A stretch of DNA of 64,000 nt from Octopus vulgaris (Eukaryota), in NCBI GenBank assembly GCA_951406725.2, contig OX597829.1, positions 40,424,001-40,488,000 of the forward strand, written 5' to 3'. Positions within the stretch are counted from its first letter, which is position 1. Each line of letters starts with the position of its first letter. Under the pieces are notes generated by a model. That model was not told the origin of the DNA, did not search any database, and saw only the letters and a list, made by a program, of their open reading frames with translations. Position numbers and translations under genes: made by a program. Below are positions 38,419 through 51,693 of this stretch, piece by piece.

Positions 38419-38719
38419 ATATATATACTCCTTTACTCCTTTACTTGTTTCAGTCATTTGACTGTGGCTATGCTGGAGCACCGCCTTTAGTCAAGCAAAT
38501 CGACCCGGTGGTGGGGATTTCTTATTAACAGATTATCTTAGGTTGAAGGAGAAGATGTTAAACACCTATTTGACAAAAAATATTTTAACAACAAACAGTT
38601 TTTTTTTCTATACAAATAAAGCCAACTTACTTGGAGCCGATCTGTCAACAATCCATTCAGACAGACAGACATATGTGTACATTTATGTGTATTGTGTGTG
38701 TGTGTGCGCACGTCTATGT

Positions 38720-39205
38720 ATGTGTGGTCATGAGTTTGATTCCCAGTGTCACATTGCGTCCTTGAGCAAGACACTTTATTTCACATTGCTCCAGTCCACT
38801 CAGCTGGCAAAAATGAGAAGTACCTGTATTTCAAAGGGCCAGCCTTGTCACACACTGTGTCATGCTGAATCTCCCTCAGAACTATGTTAACCCTTTAGTG
38901 TTCGCATTATTCTACCAAAATTAATACTTTTTTATCCACATTGCCTTGAACTAATCAGGCATTATCTTGTAGCTATGAGATTTTGATGAGGTAGCTGTTA
39001 ATTTTTAAAACGATATTGTAGGGTTGGTGTGAGAGACCAGATATGGCTAGTTTGAACATAAAACAGGCAGAATACTTCTGGCTGGATATGGCCGGTTTAA
39101 AAGCTAAAGGGTTAAGGTGTTGCATGTCTGTGGAGTGCTCAGCCACTTGCATGTTAATTTCATGAGCTAACTCTTTTCCGACCTGATCATCTACAACCCT
39201 CACCA
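38720..39205 (+). mobile_element. SINE family B interrupted by a piggyBac-type MITE
   Basis: gaactatgTTAA-[MITE]-TTAAggtg..gtctgtggagtgctcagcc. Confidence 0.85.
38891..39111. mobile_element. piggyBac-type MITE
   Basis: TTAA duplication, ccctttag/ctaaaggg TIRs; inverse of 8914-9132. Confidence 0.88.
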
Positions 39206-39254
39206 TCATAACTGACTGTATCAGTATATATATATATATATCATCATCATCATC

Positions 39255-39370
39255 AAAAGGATGAAAGGTAAAGTCGACCTCAGCAGAATTTGAACTCAGA
39301 ACGTAGCAGCAGACGAAATACAGCTAAGCATTTCGCCCGGCATGCTAATGTTTCTGCCAGCTCGCCGCCT
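39255..39370 (-). mobile_element. SINE family C 5' part
   Basis: Homology. Confidence 0.85.
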
Positions 39371-39516
39371 TTCTCTGTTTCTTTTCTCTTATTCCTTTCT
39401 GTCGAAGAGTGTAGGCTCGAAACATAAAAGACTTTCTCGCTTTCCAGGGCATCAAACTAATACTCCTGCTTGTTGTTCATACACCTGTCTTCATCTTTTG
39501 TTTTCTGTGAATTTCA
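39370..39516 (+). mobile_element. Family F hammerhead element (motif 39395-39430)
   Basis: CUUU-CUGUCGA-A-GAGU-GUAG-GCUC-GAAA-C-AUA-AAAG; ends in TA. Confidence 0.72.
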
Positions 39517-40037
39517 TATATATGTGTGTGTATTGTATTTTGATGGTGAAGTTTCTTATGTGTGTGTGTATGTAGACAAACAATGAGAAATACATTATAC
39601 TTTACAGAATTCCATGTTGTAAAATTTTATGACTTAAACAAAATTGGTGAAGAATAGAGCAAAATATAGAATGACAAGTAACATATACATATTCCATATG
39701 TTTTCCATTGTCATAGATTCATTTTTCTTGTGAATGTGTGTATATAAATTATACATACATAATTTATTAACACTATGTAATTGAATATACCAGTCACTGG
39801 CTTTATACCAGCTGGTGCTGCCATAAATTAGAGCAAAAATCTATAAAGACCTGTCGAGATGTCTTTAAGATCTCTAGTACTTTCTCTGCTAGTGTAAAAT
39901 GCCCTACCTTAGGAATTTGATGTGGAAATTTAAAATTCAGAAAGAGTCTATTTTATTAGTGACAGGAATAAATACTTCATAAATACTAAAGTTTGTCTTT
40001 GTGCAAGTTTAAGTAGGCTTCATAGAATCTGATGATG

Positions 40038-40071
<34 letters not shown>

Positions 40072-40076
<5 letters not shown>

Positions 40077-40270
40077 ACCTCGTGTGTACCGTTGGCGATT
40101 TTTTTCCTCTGTCTTCCCTTCTCTGGATCTTTCCTTCTCCTATGTTTCCAATGAAGAGCTCCGCTCGAAACGTTAGACCCTCCTTCTTTCCTGAGCGTCC
40201 AATAATACTATATTTGTTCCACGTCCTCGCGCTGTTGTGTTTTTTTGTGTTTTCTTGTTTGGATTAACTT
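40072..40270 (+). mobile_element. Family G hammerhead element (motif 40144-40178), (TA)n on both sides
   Basis: GUUU-CCAAUGA-A-GAGC-UCC-GCUC-GAAA-C-GUU-AGAC. Confidence 0.75.
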
Positions 40271-40582
40271 TATATATATATATATATATATATATTTTAG
40301 AGGAAAACCACCATGTGGACACCCATATGCTAGAAATAGATCCGCTACGGTCTCACCACCAAGAAATGTTCTCAAGAAAAATTTAGCAAAGCAACCAAAA
40401 CATAATCAAGCAAGACAAAAAAAAAAGCAATAAAAATATGGATTATTCGTATATATATATATATACAATTTCAGCGTGGAAGGTGTTTCTTAAATGGCTT
40501 ACAAACACCTTCCACGCTGCAATTGTTTTCATTTCAGCACACGATCTCAGATCAAATCACTTGCTATGCGAGTACATCTCCG

Positions 40583-40615
<33 letters not shown>

Positions 40616-41115
40616 AATAAAAATTTATATATAAAGAGACGAACACAGAAAACAGACAGGTCATTTGAAGCCTTTAATCTTCAGTCAGAAACCGGATCAT
40701 CATAGCAAATTTCGGCTGATTGATTCTGATATTTGCTCCAACACGACCAGCCCCAAGGAAAAACTAAGCTGTGAGCATTAGATTTCTTGGTAAAAAGAAC
40801 GAATGTAAATGCAACAGAGACAAATATAAATACAAAAAACGAAAACAGAATTAAAAACAAGAATGGTTAACGGCAGGTGTCTTACGACTTTAGACAAAAT
40901 GAGACAAAACAAGCATATATGGGTGCTGGTGTCACATAAACGCACCCAATACTTTCTGTAAAATGATTGGCATTAGAAAACACTTCTAGCCGTAGAAACC
41001 ATGGAGCCCGGGAAGCTCTTCAACTGGCCAACTCCTGTCAAACCATCCGACCCATGCCAGCATAGAAAACAGACATTAAATTATGATGATGATATATATA
41101 TCATCATCATATATA

Positions 41116-41337
41116 CTCTCTTTACTCTTTTACTTGTTTCAGTCATTTGACTGCGGCCATGCTGGAGCACTGCCTTTAGTCGAGCAAATCGACCCCGGGA
41201 CTTATTCTTTTTGTAAGCCCAATACTTATTCTATCGGTCTCTTTTGCCGAACTGCTAAGTGACGGGGACATAAACACACCAGCATCGGTTGTCAAGCAAT
41301 GCTAGGGAGACAAACATAGACACACAAACACACACAC

Positions 41338-41381
<44 letters not shown>

Positions 41382-41532
41382 TCTTTCAGTTTCTGTCTAC
41401 CAAATCCACTCACAAGGCATTGGTCGGCCCGAGGCTATAGTAGAAGACACTTGCCCAAGGTGCCACGCAGGGGGACTGAACCCAGAACCATGTGGTTGGT
41501 TAGCAAGCTACTTACCACACAGCCACTCCTGC
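41116..41532 (-). mobile_element. SINE family A, full
   Basis: Homology. Confidence 0.92.
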
Positions 41533-41535
41533 ACC

Positions 41536-41569
<34 letters not shown>

Positions 41570-42377
41570 GAGTTTAATTCTCATATTCAGGTTCAATTAA
41601 GTTTGTTATAGTAAAATTGAATTATTCTATTTTATTGAGCTCTTTGCTAAACTTTTGCACAAAGTATTCTTTAGTATTTGTTAAAGGTTAAACACTGTAA
41701 ACAGAGCAGATGAAATTAACCTCATCAGTCAGTCAGTCAGTGCACACCAGCCTTCCATCTTCTTATATTGAAAACTCTGGAAACCTAGAGAAGACCCACC
41801 ATTAACCTAAGTGCCTTATCATTGAACTGACAGCTGTAATAGTTGATTGACCTCTCCCACCACAGCTCTTCTCACATCAGCTTACTGGTACAGATTGATA
41901 AAACAAATGTAACATGTAAAAATGATTTTACCCTAATCACATAATAAAGCGGATTTCTGCACACTGAAATAAATACAACCCATCATGTTAGGTAGGAAGG
42001 AATACTGAATAAAAAACTTCTTCAGTGTAAAAGGAATACTTGACAGCAAGTGCCGTTGCAAGCTATTTTGGTAGCTATAACTCATCTTTCTTCTGAAATT
42101 TCTGAGTCATGGAGACAACTATTTTCTTCAAGCAGACCTTAGACTATGTTGTATATGTAAGCCCTTGTTAGCTAAATCCCTCTCTGCATAATGGAGTGTC
42201 TTAAGAGAAAAGAAAGTCTGAATAGAAATTATGTAAGGTGGAGTGAGTGAATGCATTAGTTCTTCCAAAGCGATCTGCTTCAGTGATCGTGGCCTGATGG
42301 AATACCTTCTCTTCATGCTGTGAAGTCTGAGAGATACTTAAGGTTCAGCCAACCGTTTACAAGTATGGAGTAAACAA

Positions 42378-42800
42378 TCATCATCATCGTTTAACGTCCG
42401 TTTTCCATGCTAGCATGGGTTGGATGTATGACTGAGGGCTGGCGAACCAGATGGCTGCACCAGGCTCCAATCTTGATTTGGCAGAGTTTCTACAGCTGGA
42501 TGCCCTTCCTAACGCCAACAACTCTGTGAGTGTAGTGGATGTTTTTTACGTGCCACCGGTACAGGGGCCAGAGGAGACTGGCAAACGGCCACGATCGGTT
42601 GGTGCTTTTACGTGTCACCAAGATGGACGCCAGTCAGGCGGCGCTGGCATCTGCCACGTTCAGACGGTGCTTTTACGTGTCACCGAGACGGACGCCAGTC
42701 AGGCGGTGCTGGCATCTTCCACGTACAGACGGTGCTTTTCTTTTAACGTGTCACCAGCACGGGGTCTTAACTACTATTTCCATTCAATTTTCATCTGATG
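42378..42800 (-). mobile_element. SINE-like family D with expanded internal repeats
   Basis: Homology; repeated ttttacgtg(c/t)cacc units. Confidence 0.85.
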
Positions 42801-42849
42801 TTGGTGTTAACAATGATAGTGTAATTATAAAGAGGATGACTCAAACATA

Positions 42850-43105
42850 TCTTTTATCTTTTACTTGTTTCAGTCATTAGACTGCAGCCATTCTGGGGCA
42901 CCACCTTGAATTTTTTTAGCCGAATAAATCGCCCCCCTCCCCCCACCAGTACTTATTTTATTTTAAGTCTGGTTTTTATTTTATCGGTCTCATTTGCTGA
43001 ACCGCTAAGTTACGAGGACATAAACACGCCAAAACTGGTTGTCAAGTGGTGATGGGTGGACAAATGCAGACACAAAGACACACACACATAGATACTCACA
43101 TGCAT

Positions 43106-43161
<56 letters not shown>

Positions 43162-43192
43162 GCATATATACATACATACATACATACATACA

Positions 43193-43250
<58 letters not shown>

Positions 43251-43642
43251 TTAATCCAAACAAGAAAACACAGAAAAAAAGAAAAAAAGAGAAAAAACAC
43301 AGCAACGCAGGATGTGGAACAATTAAAGTATTATTGACGCTCAGGAAAGAAGGGAAGGAGGGTTTAACGTTTCGAGCGGAGCTCTTCGTCGGAAACAAGG
43401 AGAAGGAAAGATCCCATGGAGGGAAGACAGAGGAGACAATATTTGAGCTGGTGGTGCTTAAGAGATCACATGTTGAAAAGATGATAGGTTTCTTTTCAGT
43501 TTCCATCTACCAAATCTACTCACAAGGCATTGGTCAGCCTGAGGCTATAGTAGAAGGCACTGACCCAAGGTACCGCACAGTAGGGCTGAACCCGGAACCA
43601 TGTGGTTGGCAAGCAAGCTTCTTATCACACAGCCACTCCTGT
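42850..43642 (-). mobile_element. SINE family A split by microsatellite and a family G element
   Basis: Homology at 42850-43085 and 43490-43642. Confidence 0.82.
43249..43435 (-). mobile_element. Family G hammerhead element (motif 43362-43396)
   Basis: Minus strand GUUU-CCGACGA-A-GAGC-UCC-GCUC-GAAA-C-GUU-AAAC. Confidence 0.78.
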
Positions 43643-43914
43643 GCTATACACACATACATATACACATGTCTTTATGTGTGTATATATAGATACATGTTGC
43701 ATTTAAACAAATAAGAACTAAGAAGCATTTTGTGGCATGTGGTTGATCAACGCAGACAAATACATATACATCAAATACCCTACAACATTAATTCTTAATT
43801 CATCAAAATTATCTCCGCCTCCTGAGGACGTGTGCCACAATTACCAAAATCATTATTAAGACTGGCTCCATTTGAGAAGTTGAGATAATCTCTACTCTGT
43901 GTGTGTGTTTTAGG

Positions 43915-44390
43915 TATGTGTGTATATATGTGTGTGTGTGTATTATGTATGTGTGTATTATATACCTGTGTGTATATTTTTATGTGTATTATGTGATTGT
44001 GTATATATGTGTGTGTGTATTATGTATGTGTGTATTATATACCTGTGTATATATTTGTATGTGTATTATGTGCTTGTGTATATGTGTGTATTATGTGCCT
44101 GTGTATATATTTGTGTGTGTATTATGTGCATGTGTATATATATATATATGTGTGTGTGTGTGTATTATATACCTGTGTATATATTTGTATATGTATTATG
44201 TGCTTGTGTATATGTGTGTTATGTCCTTGTGTATATATTTTTGTGTGTATTATGTGCATGTGTATATATTTGTGTGTGTATTATGTGCATGTGTATATAT
44301 TTGTGTGTGTGTTATGTGCATGTGTATATGTGTGTGTGTGTATTATGTACATGTGTATATATTTGTTTGTACTATGTATGTGTGTGTATG
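43915..44390. repeat. Degenerate ~22-30-bp minisatellite (tgtgtgtattatgtgcatgtgtatatattt)
   Basis: Recurring gtgtattat anchor, roughly 15 or more units. Confidence 0.85.
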
Positions 44391-44851
44391 TATTCTCATC
44401 CAAAATGGAGATGAGCACCAACATTCTCAAGTGAATTGCTTGAATAATTATCTAGACATATGCAATTATGTATAATCTTTGGTTGCCTTGTCAGTCCACA
44501 AATAAAGAATGTTTATTTACCAATGCAGAGTTGAGCACTCGTTCTCCCCGTTCGATATTTTGTATGTGAAGCCATAAATCTCGACACATTTTTTTTCTCC
44601 ATTTCCTTTTTTTCCTCTCACCCCTTTCTGTCAAAGGCTCAAAATATCAAAGACTTTTCCCATCTTCTCGCATTTGTTTTCTATACATTTGAACCACATG
44701 TGTGTGTGTGCATATATATATATATATATTATGTAGGTAGGATAAGATCCAAGTTATGTCCTTTTGAAGAACATCTAATTCCAGTACTACAATCCAGCTC
44801 ATAGTTGTTGTATTGATGTGAGGTACATCTTAGAGGTGAAAATTTTGGAAA

Positions 44852-45364
44852 TCTATATATATAAAACTGTAGTTGTGTGAGTGTCTGTCTCCTACGATTT
44901 AGATTCCTAACTCCTCCCACATTTTGCGGTGCAGTTTAACCAAATTCGGGTATCTTATAGTCGTGATTAATATCGAGCCCGTCTGGCTATTAGCGCGCGT
45001 CTACAATGAGTCTATGATTTTAAAAATAATTTAACATCATTTTTTATTCCATTTTAATGCATAATTTTTCGTGTGTCGATGGCAGCGGAGTTGGCGTCCA
45101 TGGTCACACCTGCACCTGTTTGCTTCTCCCCCTTCTTCCCTCCCTCGTGAAGCTGTGGGGAAGGGAGTTTAAGGAAATCAACGTCGTAAAGCGTTGTCAA
45201 GGAGACCAGCATTCTTTTAGAACAACGACTACATGGCTTGAAGACACCAAAACAGAAATGGCTAAGAAAGCCCGAATTGGCATCTATAAGGGAAGTAACT
45301 CTCTAAAAATGCTTATATAGTTATTTCCCTTACAAACCCGAGCAATGCCGGGCGATACTGCTAG
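44852..45364 (+). mobile_element. Non-autonomous Helitron (long subfamily)
   Basis: A|TC...CTAG|T; near-identical to 6213-6729. Confidence 0.9.
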
Positions 45365-45739
45365 TATTATTATATAACAAAAGAAGAATTTGGAAAAATT
45401 TTTTGCGGAATATATTTCTTCACCATTACACATATTTCATTTACTAATAGGAATCAAAAAGTTGTACATGTTGGATAAACATGTAAGAAATTTCCCATTA
45501 GACTACCAAGAACATTTCCAACTTCCTGTTGTGTTCTTTAATAAACTCTGCAAACGATATTTCTAGAATTTTCAACTCTAATATGTACCCCACATCAGTA
45601 CGACAATGGATTGTAATACTAGAATAAGCAGATGTGCTTCATGAGTACATAGCTTGGATTTTTTCCCCCCCACCTTTGTAACATACATAATCAGTCTGAT
45701 TAAATTTATTTAAGCACTTATAACTGGAAAAAGAAATAC

Positions 45740-45950
45740 ATTTTGATATTTCGCTGAAGGATATTTCCTATTCCAACTAAAGCTGAATATATGAAATTGT
45801 TAATTTACAGAACAAGTTCATTTATTATGCATATGCGATGGAAAGCATATTTCTTTGATAAAAACTCATACTTGGATTCTAAAAGAGAATCCACACACTA
45901 TTTAGAATATTATTTTCAATCTCAAAAGAATTCACCACAAAACCAACATC
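45740..45950 (+). pseudogene. Penelope-like element ORF N-terminal remnant
   Basis: SLKDI/PIPTKAEYMKLLIYRTSSFIMHMRWKAYFF...YYFQSQKNSPQ resembles the PLE N-terminal S.KNIPIP...RMRWKA.FF motif. Confidence 0.65.
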
Positions 45951-46371
45951 ATATATATGTTTGTGTGTGTGTGTGTGTGTGTATGAGATGATAAATACAA
46001 ACAAATTAAAGAAGTATTTTGGCTAATTATTCTAGTATTTTAATAATATACTAACATTTTTGTTTTTTATATGTATTTAATGATAAGGAGCTTGTTAACG
46101 TAGATGATTAAAATCAACTCCTAGTGTCTTGGAGAATACTGGTTCATAATGCCCTCTTCATGGCTGTTTCTTCCTTCCCTTATTGGCAATAAACACTTGA
46201 CTAATTTCGTGTTTCTTTAGCAAAGAACCTTCAGGTAGAATGAAGAATTCATTTGTGTTCTTTTAGCTAACATTGAAACTCAATTATTCTAAATTATCTT
46301 TAATTGCTATTAAGATGTTTATTTTAACCTCCTTAATAAACTCATGATTCTCTTTTTTTAATTTTTTTTTG

Positions 46372-46402
<31 letters not shown>

Positions 46403-46573
46403 TGTATAATGGAATTAGTGATATTCTTTAAACTTATTGCAATTTCTTAAGATTTTTACCTACCAATCACGGGATGAATTTCATTAGTTCTCTTTGGTTT
46501 AGTGTGTGTGTGTGTGTGTACACACTTATATGAATCTTTCTTTCAAATTCTCTGCCTGTGATTTTCTTTTACC

Positions 46574-46647
<74 letters not shown>

Positions 46648-47327
46648 CCCTCTGTTTCTCCATCTATCTCTTAGTATTTACTTCAATTTCTGTTACACTT
46701 TTTCTCTTCCTATGTCTTTGGCCATCTCTCTCCTCTCCTCTCCCAGCTCTCTTCAGTTGTTTGTCTACTACCTGTCTGCCCTGCCTACCTACCTACCTGC
46801 CCTACCAACCTTAAAGTATACCTTTCTGTTAGTCTACCATTTTGATCTTCTTCCTTTCTCTCTTTCCCCACTTCCTCTCCATCGCACTATACATTTATTT
46901 GGCTGCTCTCTTCTTCTGGAGATCTTGAAGCTGTTTCCAAGTTCCATCCATTTTCTCTGCTTGTAAATATTGATTATCTTTGAGAAGATAACCAGCAGAA
47001 GGGAACAGACAGACTATGTTAAAGGAATTTCACCAGAAATTATTCTACTGTAATGATATCATCATCATCATCATCATCATCATTATCACCAACAAAACAT
47101 TATTAATAGCATTAGTATCAGCTACTGTTGTTGTTGTTGATTGTGTGATGGTGGTGGTGGTGACAATTTTTGAGTTTGTCTGAAAGCTACAATTATGCAA
47201 GTGAGAGATTTCATTGTCAACTGAATCCCCTTGTACATTACTGGTATTTTAATAACTGCTACCTCACTAACCTCTCCACCACCCCATCAAACAAACTGCA
47301 TCCACAGATGAATGGAAAGGTTAAATC

Positions 47328-48041
47328 CAGGGACATGCCACCTAGGTAGGTAAAGTAGGCAGTGCCTACCCTGAATAAAATAGATCGATAGCAACATTTT
47401 CCTTTTATGGCAAAATATGCACCTAATTCAATAGATTTATGAAGGTTACTCTGATTATCATCATCATCATCATCGTCGTTTAACGTCCACTTTCCATGCT
47501 AGCATGTGTTGGACGATTTTGACTAAAGGCTGGCAAACCAGATGGCTGCACCAGGCTCCAATCTTGATTTGGCAGAGTTTCTACAGCTGGATGCCCTTCC
47601 TAACGCCAACCACTCCGAGAGTGTAGTGGGTGCTTTTTATGTGCCACCGACACAGAGGCCAGTTAGGCAGTACTGGCAATGACCTCGCTCGAATCTTTTT
47701 ACACATGCCACCAGCACAGGTGCCAGTAAGGCGATGTTGGTAACCACCACGCTAGAATTACTATCCACTAAATGCAAAATTTTTTTTTTTTTTTCTAGAT
47801 TAGGTAGGCATAATTCACCCCTGCCTTTCAATCTTAATATTTAAGCAACGTATTGTAATGCAGTAGTACACATGCTGTGTGCATTCCTACAACACTGTTT
47901 TCTTTACGTAATATAAAGGCAGAAGTAAATCTGCCTTCAACTCTGTCATGTGCCTGTGTTTTTGCTTATTTGTTTTGTGTGTTTTACTACATAAAGGTCA
48001 CCGTCTGCCTACCCTGAGTAATTACTGATGGCACATGCCTG
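47328..48041. mobile_element. hAT-type MITE containing a nested family D element (47455-47755)
   Basis: Perfect 8-bp TSD gttaaatc; imperfect TIRs cagggacatgcca / tggcacatgcctg; subterminal tgcctaccctga repeats. Confidence 0.85.
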
Positions 48042-48153
48042 GTTAAATCTTTCTCAAGATGATATGAACTTAAAACACAGCAGATATGAACCAGTCATTG
48101 TTACAGCATTTAAAAGTTGATTCTCTGTTACTTCTGCCTCAGCATCATACTAA

Positions 48154-48199
<46 letters not shown>

Positions 48200-48202
<3 letters not shown>

Positions 48203-48388
48203 GTTTCAAATTTTTCTGCAAGGGCAGCAATTTTTAGGGAGGGTTTGAGTTGATTACATCGACACCAATGCATAACTGGTACTAATTTAATCAACCCCGA
48301 TGGTGGAATTTGACCCAGAATGTAACGGCAGACAAAATACTGCTAAGCATTTTGCCCGGCGTGCTAACGATTCTGCCAGCTCACTGCC

Positions 48389-48390
<2 letters not shown>
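48200..48390 (-). mobile_element. SINE family C variant within (TAA)n (further SINE A and C pieces to 48665)
   Basis: Homology. Confidence 0.8.
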
Positions 48391-48427
<37 letters not shown>

Positions 48428-49445
48428 TACCAAATCCACTCATAAGGCTTTGGTCGGCATAAGGCTATAGTAGAAGACACTTGCCAAAGGTGCTACGCAG
48501 TGGGACTGAACTTGGAACCATGTGGTTCGTGAGCAAGCTACTTACTAAATGGTTTCAAATTTTGCCTCAAGGGCAGCCATTTTGGGGGAGGGGATGAGTT
48601 GATTACATCAACCCCAGCCCCTAACTGGTTCTTATTTTATCAACCCCAAAAGGATGAAAGGCAAAAAATATTTAGATCTTCCTGACATGCCATCTCTGAT
48701 TTAGCAAACTTTATGGTCAGAGACAGTCTAACCATGACCATCTTGTCTTTTCAGATATAGTTTAGTTTAAACTACATACCAGATATGGCTCTCTGTTTTC
48801 TTTTTTTTTTCCTGAGACGAGATGATCTTAGAGTATGATTTGAGGGCAGTTTTTGTTGTTATTTCTAGCAGGTTAATTGGCTCACCTTTTTTTTATCCAC
48901 TGCCCCCACCTCCTTATAAATACAACATGGGGAAGGAAACATTTAACCATTCTGATATTTAGAAGTCATGTTTATATATGGTAGAATGTTGTATATTTAA
49001 CTTTAGGTCAGTTCTGATCAAGCAGACCAATGATCAAAAATGTTCCAACGATGGCCATCCCGACTGTTTTTAAAATATCTAAGATTGCATTGTCCAATTG
49101 CAGATTAGAGAGAGATTTGATTGCTATTTTTTTTTTTTATCTTGTCATGTGAGGCCCATCACCTTCCCCAACAAACCACCACTACCACTTCCTCAATGGA
49201 TTTGCCTGTTGTCTATGATGAAAGACTAGGCATGATAGCTGTCTTTTATCACATATCTCACCACATTTGGTGGTCCATCCCATGTAATCTTGATTGGTGT
49301 TTTACAGCTGTTGAAATTTCTTTATCTGTCAAAAAGTTACCTGTTCTATCCCCAGAAGGAATTTTATTCAGCTTGTTTCCATTAGCATATTTGACAACAA
49401 CCGATTTCAAATAAACCTGGAGTAAGAGATTTATTGATTGCAACA

Positions 49446-49487
49446 TCTATCCATCCATCTATCTATCTCTATCTGTCTATCTATCTA

Positions 49488-49536
<49 letters not shown>

Positions 49537-49655
49537 GTCTATCTATAAATCTATCTCTCTATCTATCTATATCTATATCTATCTATCTATCTATCTATAT
49601 CTATCTATCTATATATATATATATATATATATATAGTGAGAGAGAGAGAGAGAGG
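49446..49655. repeat. (ATCT)n/(TA)n/(GA)n compound microsatellite
   Basis: Direct reading. Confidence 0.95.
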
Positions 49656-50579
49656 TAGGTGTTTAGTTTGAAAACTGTTCTATAGAATTATATAGACTCT
49701 GGTTACGCCTCCATCAGATTATCTGGTCAGGAATTTCTCTGCCTTTTGTTGACCATTCACAATAAATTAATCGTTTTGTGTATAGTGGATGGAAGTTGAG
49801 TGGTAGTGGTAGGAAACTGTTGTTTGTGTTTACCTGAGGTCAGACCTTATCCAGTCAATCTATATATGACGTGTAGATTCAAACAACTAGACATCTTTCA
49901 AAGATCTATTGGCTTTGATAAATACCATGCTGCTGGTATTTACAAAGAAGCACATACTATGCATTCCAAAATGTAACAAAGATGTAAGTGACAACAGTCA
50001 GGAATGCTTCAGAAGAGATGACATGATGTGAACGACCAGTTCCAAGGAGCAGAGGCCATTATAATAGCAGTGTAGGAGGTAGATAGAGGAGACAGTGCAT
50101 GTCTTTGAATAACTTTATGGCAATCAATTAGATGTCATTTTTCTGGGTGCAGTCAGTCTAGGATAAAAAGGTGTTAATTAGTTAATAAATTATTTAATTG
50201 CTGATTGGTTTCTCAATTTTTTTTTTATAATTGTGGCCTTTTCAGTGCCCACTTCTTTCTGTAAAACATTCTGTGTGTGTATGTGTGTAATAATAATGAT
50301 AACAATTATAATAGAAATATTGTTATTCCAATACCATCGACTAAATACACTTTTATTGACTGGTTAACCTTATCGTTACTAAAACACTTTCAGTTATGTA
50401 CTTACATGTGATAGAGATAGATAGACAGACAGACAGATATAGAAAGATAGACAGTTAGAGATATATGTGTGTGTGTGTGTGCGCGTATAGATATATATAT
50501 ATGTGTGCGTGTGTCTATATATATGTTTGTATATATATATACACACACATACACGTGTGTGTGTGTGTGTGTGTCTATA

Positions 50580-50651
<72 letters not shown>

Positions 50652-50656
50652 AACAC

Positions 50657-50832
50657 ATAGATCGTTAGGCACTACACACATTTTTTTTTCTCTCCTTGTT
50701 TTTTCTGTGTCCCTTTCTGTAGAAGAGCGTAGACTCGAAACGTAAAAGACTTTTTCTATTCCTGAGCGTTATACTAATTCATCTGTTTGTTTAGTACACC
50801 ACCTGTCTTCGTCTTTTGTTTTTTTTTTTGTA

Positions 50833-50840
<8 letters not shown>
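50657..50840 (+). mobile_element. Family F hammerhead element (motif 50713-50748)
   Basis: CUUU-CUGUAGA-A-GAGC-GUAG-ACUC-GAAA-C-GUA-AAAG; microsatellite flanks. Confidence 0.78.
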
Positions 50841-50908
<68 letters not shown>

Positions 50909-51642
50909 ACAGGCATAACTAAAAGAACACATGCCCCACATGTTGATCACTAATAACATTGCAGTGTAATACCTCTTACCTGTAGATACTACTGCAAGAT
51001 GCATTGAATGTTGCAGAAGTTATGACATTTCCCAAGAACAAACAATGCTGCGCGTGTTTGTAGCGGAGAGTAAAGAGTAAAGGAAGAAAAATTCATGGAA
51101 TGTTGACTAAAATATGAAATATTCTTTGTAAAGCTTTCTAAACCTTAACTGAAGTTCTGAATTTCTATCTTGTGTTAATTAAAAAGGAAGCTTTTTCTAG
51201 AACAGGCTGAATTCTTTCATGAAGTCCCAACAAACGTTTCTTTGTAGCACATCGTTTTACCCCTGATTTCCTTCCACAATGCTCATTAAATTCTTCACAA
51301 AAACTTCCTTTTTACGTTTTAGTTATGATATCAGTTTTGCAACGTTGAGACTAGACAGAGGTGCAGAGAGGGTAGCACGAATGTGCTAGAAACTTCATTT
51401 CGTGCCGCAGAAAACTGTACCGAAGTTTATGTATGCAAGTGTGTTTGTGTATAAATGGGATGATCATCCTTTTTTCTGTTGCAAGGTTTTATATGCCCTA
51501 ATATTAGACTGTTTTCTGTAGTCAATTTACTATGAATGCTTGTAATTCTATTTACAAAATATATATAACACCAGGTTATTAGCATATCACAATGCCTAAA
51601 CAGTATATATATATATATATATGACATTAGATGATGATGATG

Positions 51643-51690
<48 letters not shown>

Positions 51691-51693
<3 letters not shown>

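Noticed and set aside
42540-42762. CRISPR-like repeat-spacer pattern
   Set aside because: Eukaryotic retroposon internal repeats; spacers are mutually homologous and there are no cas genes
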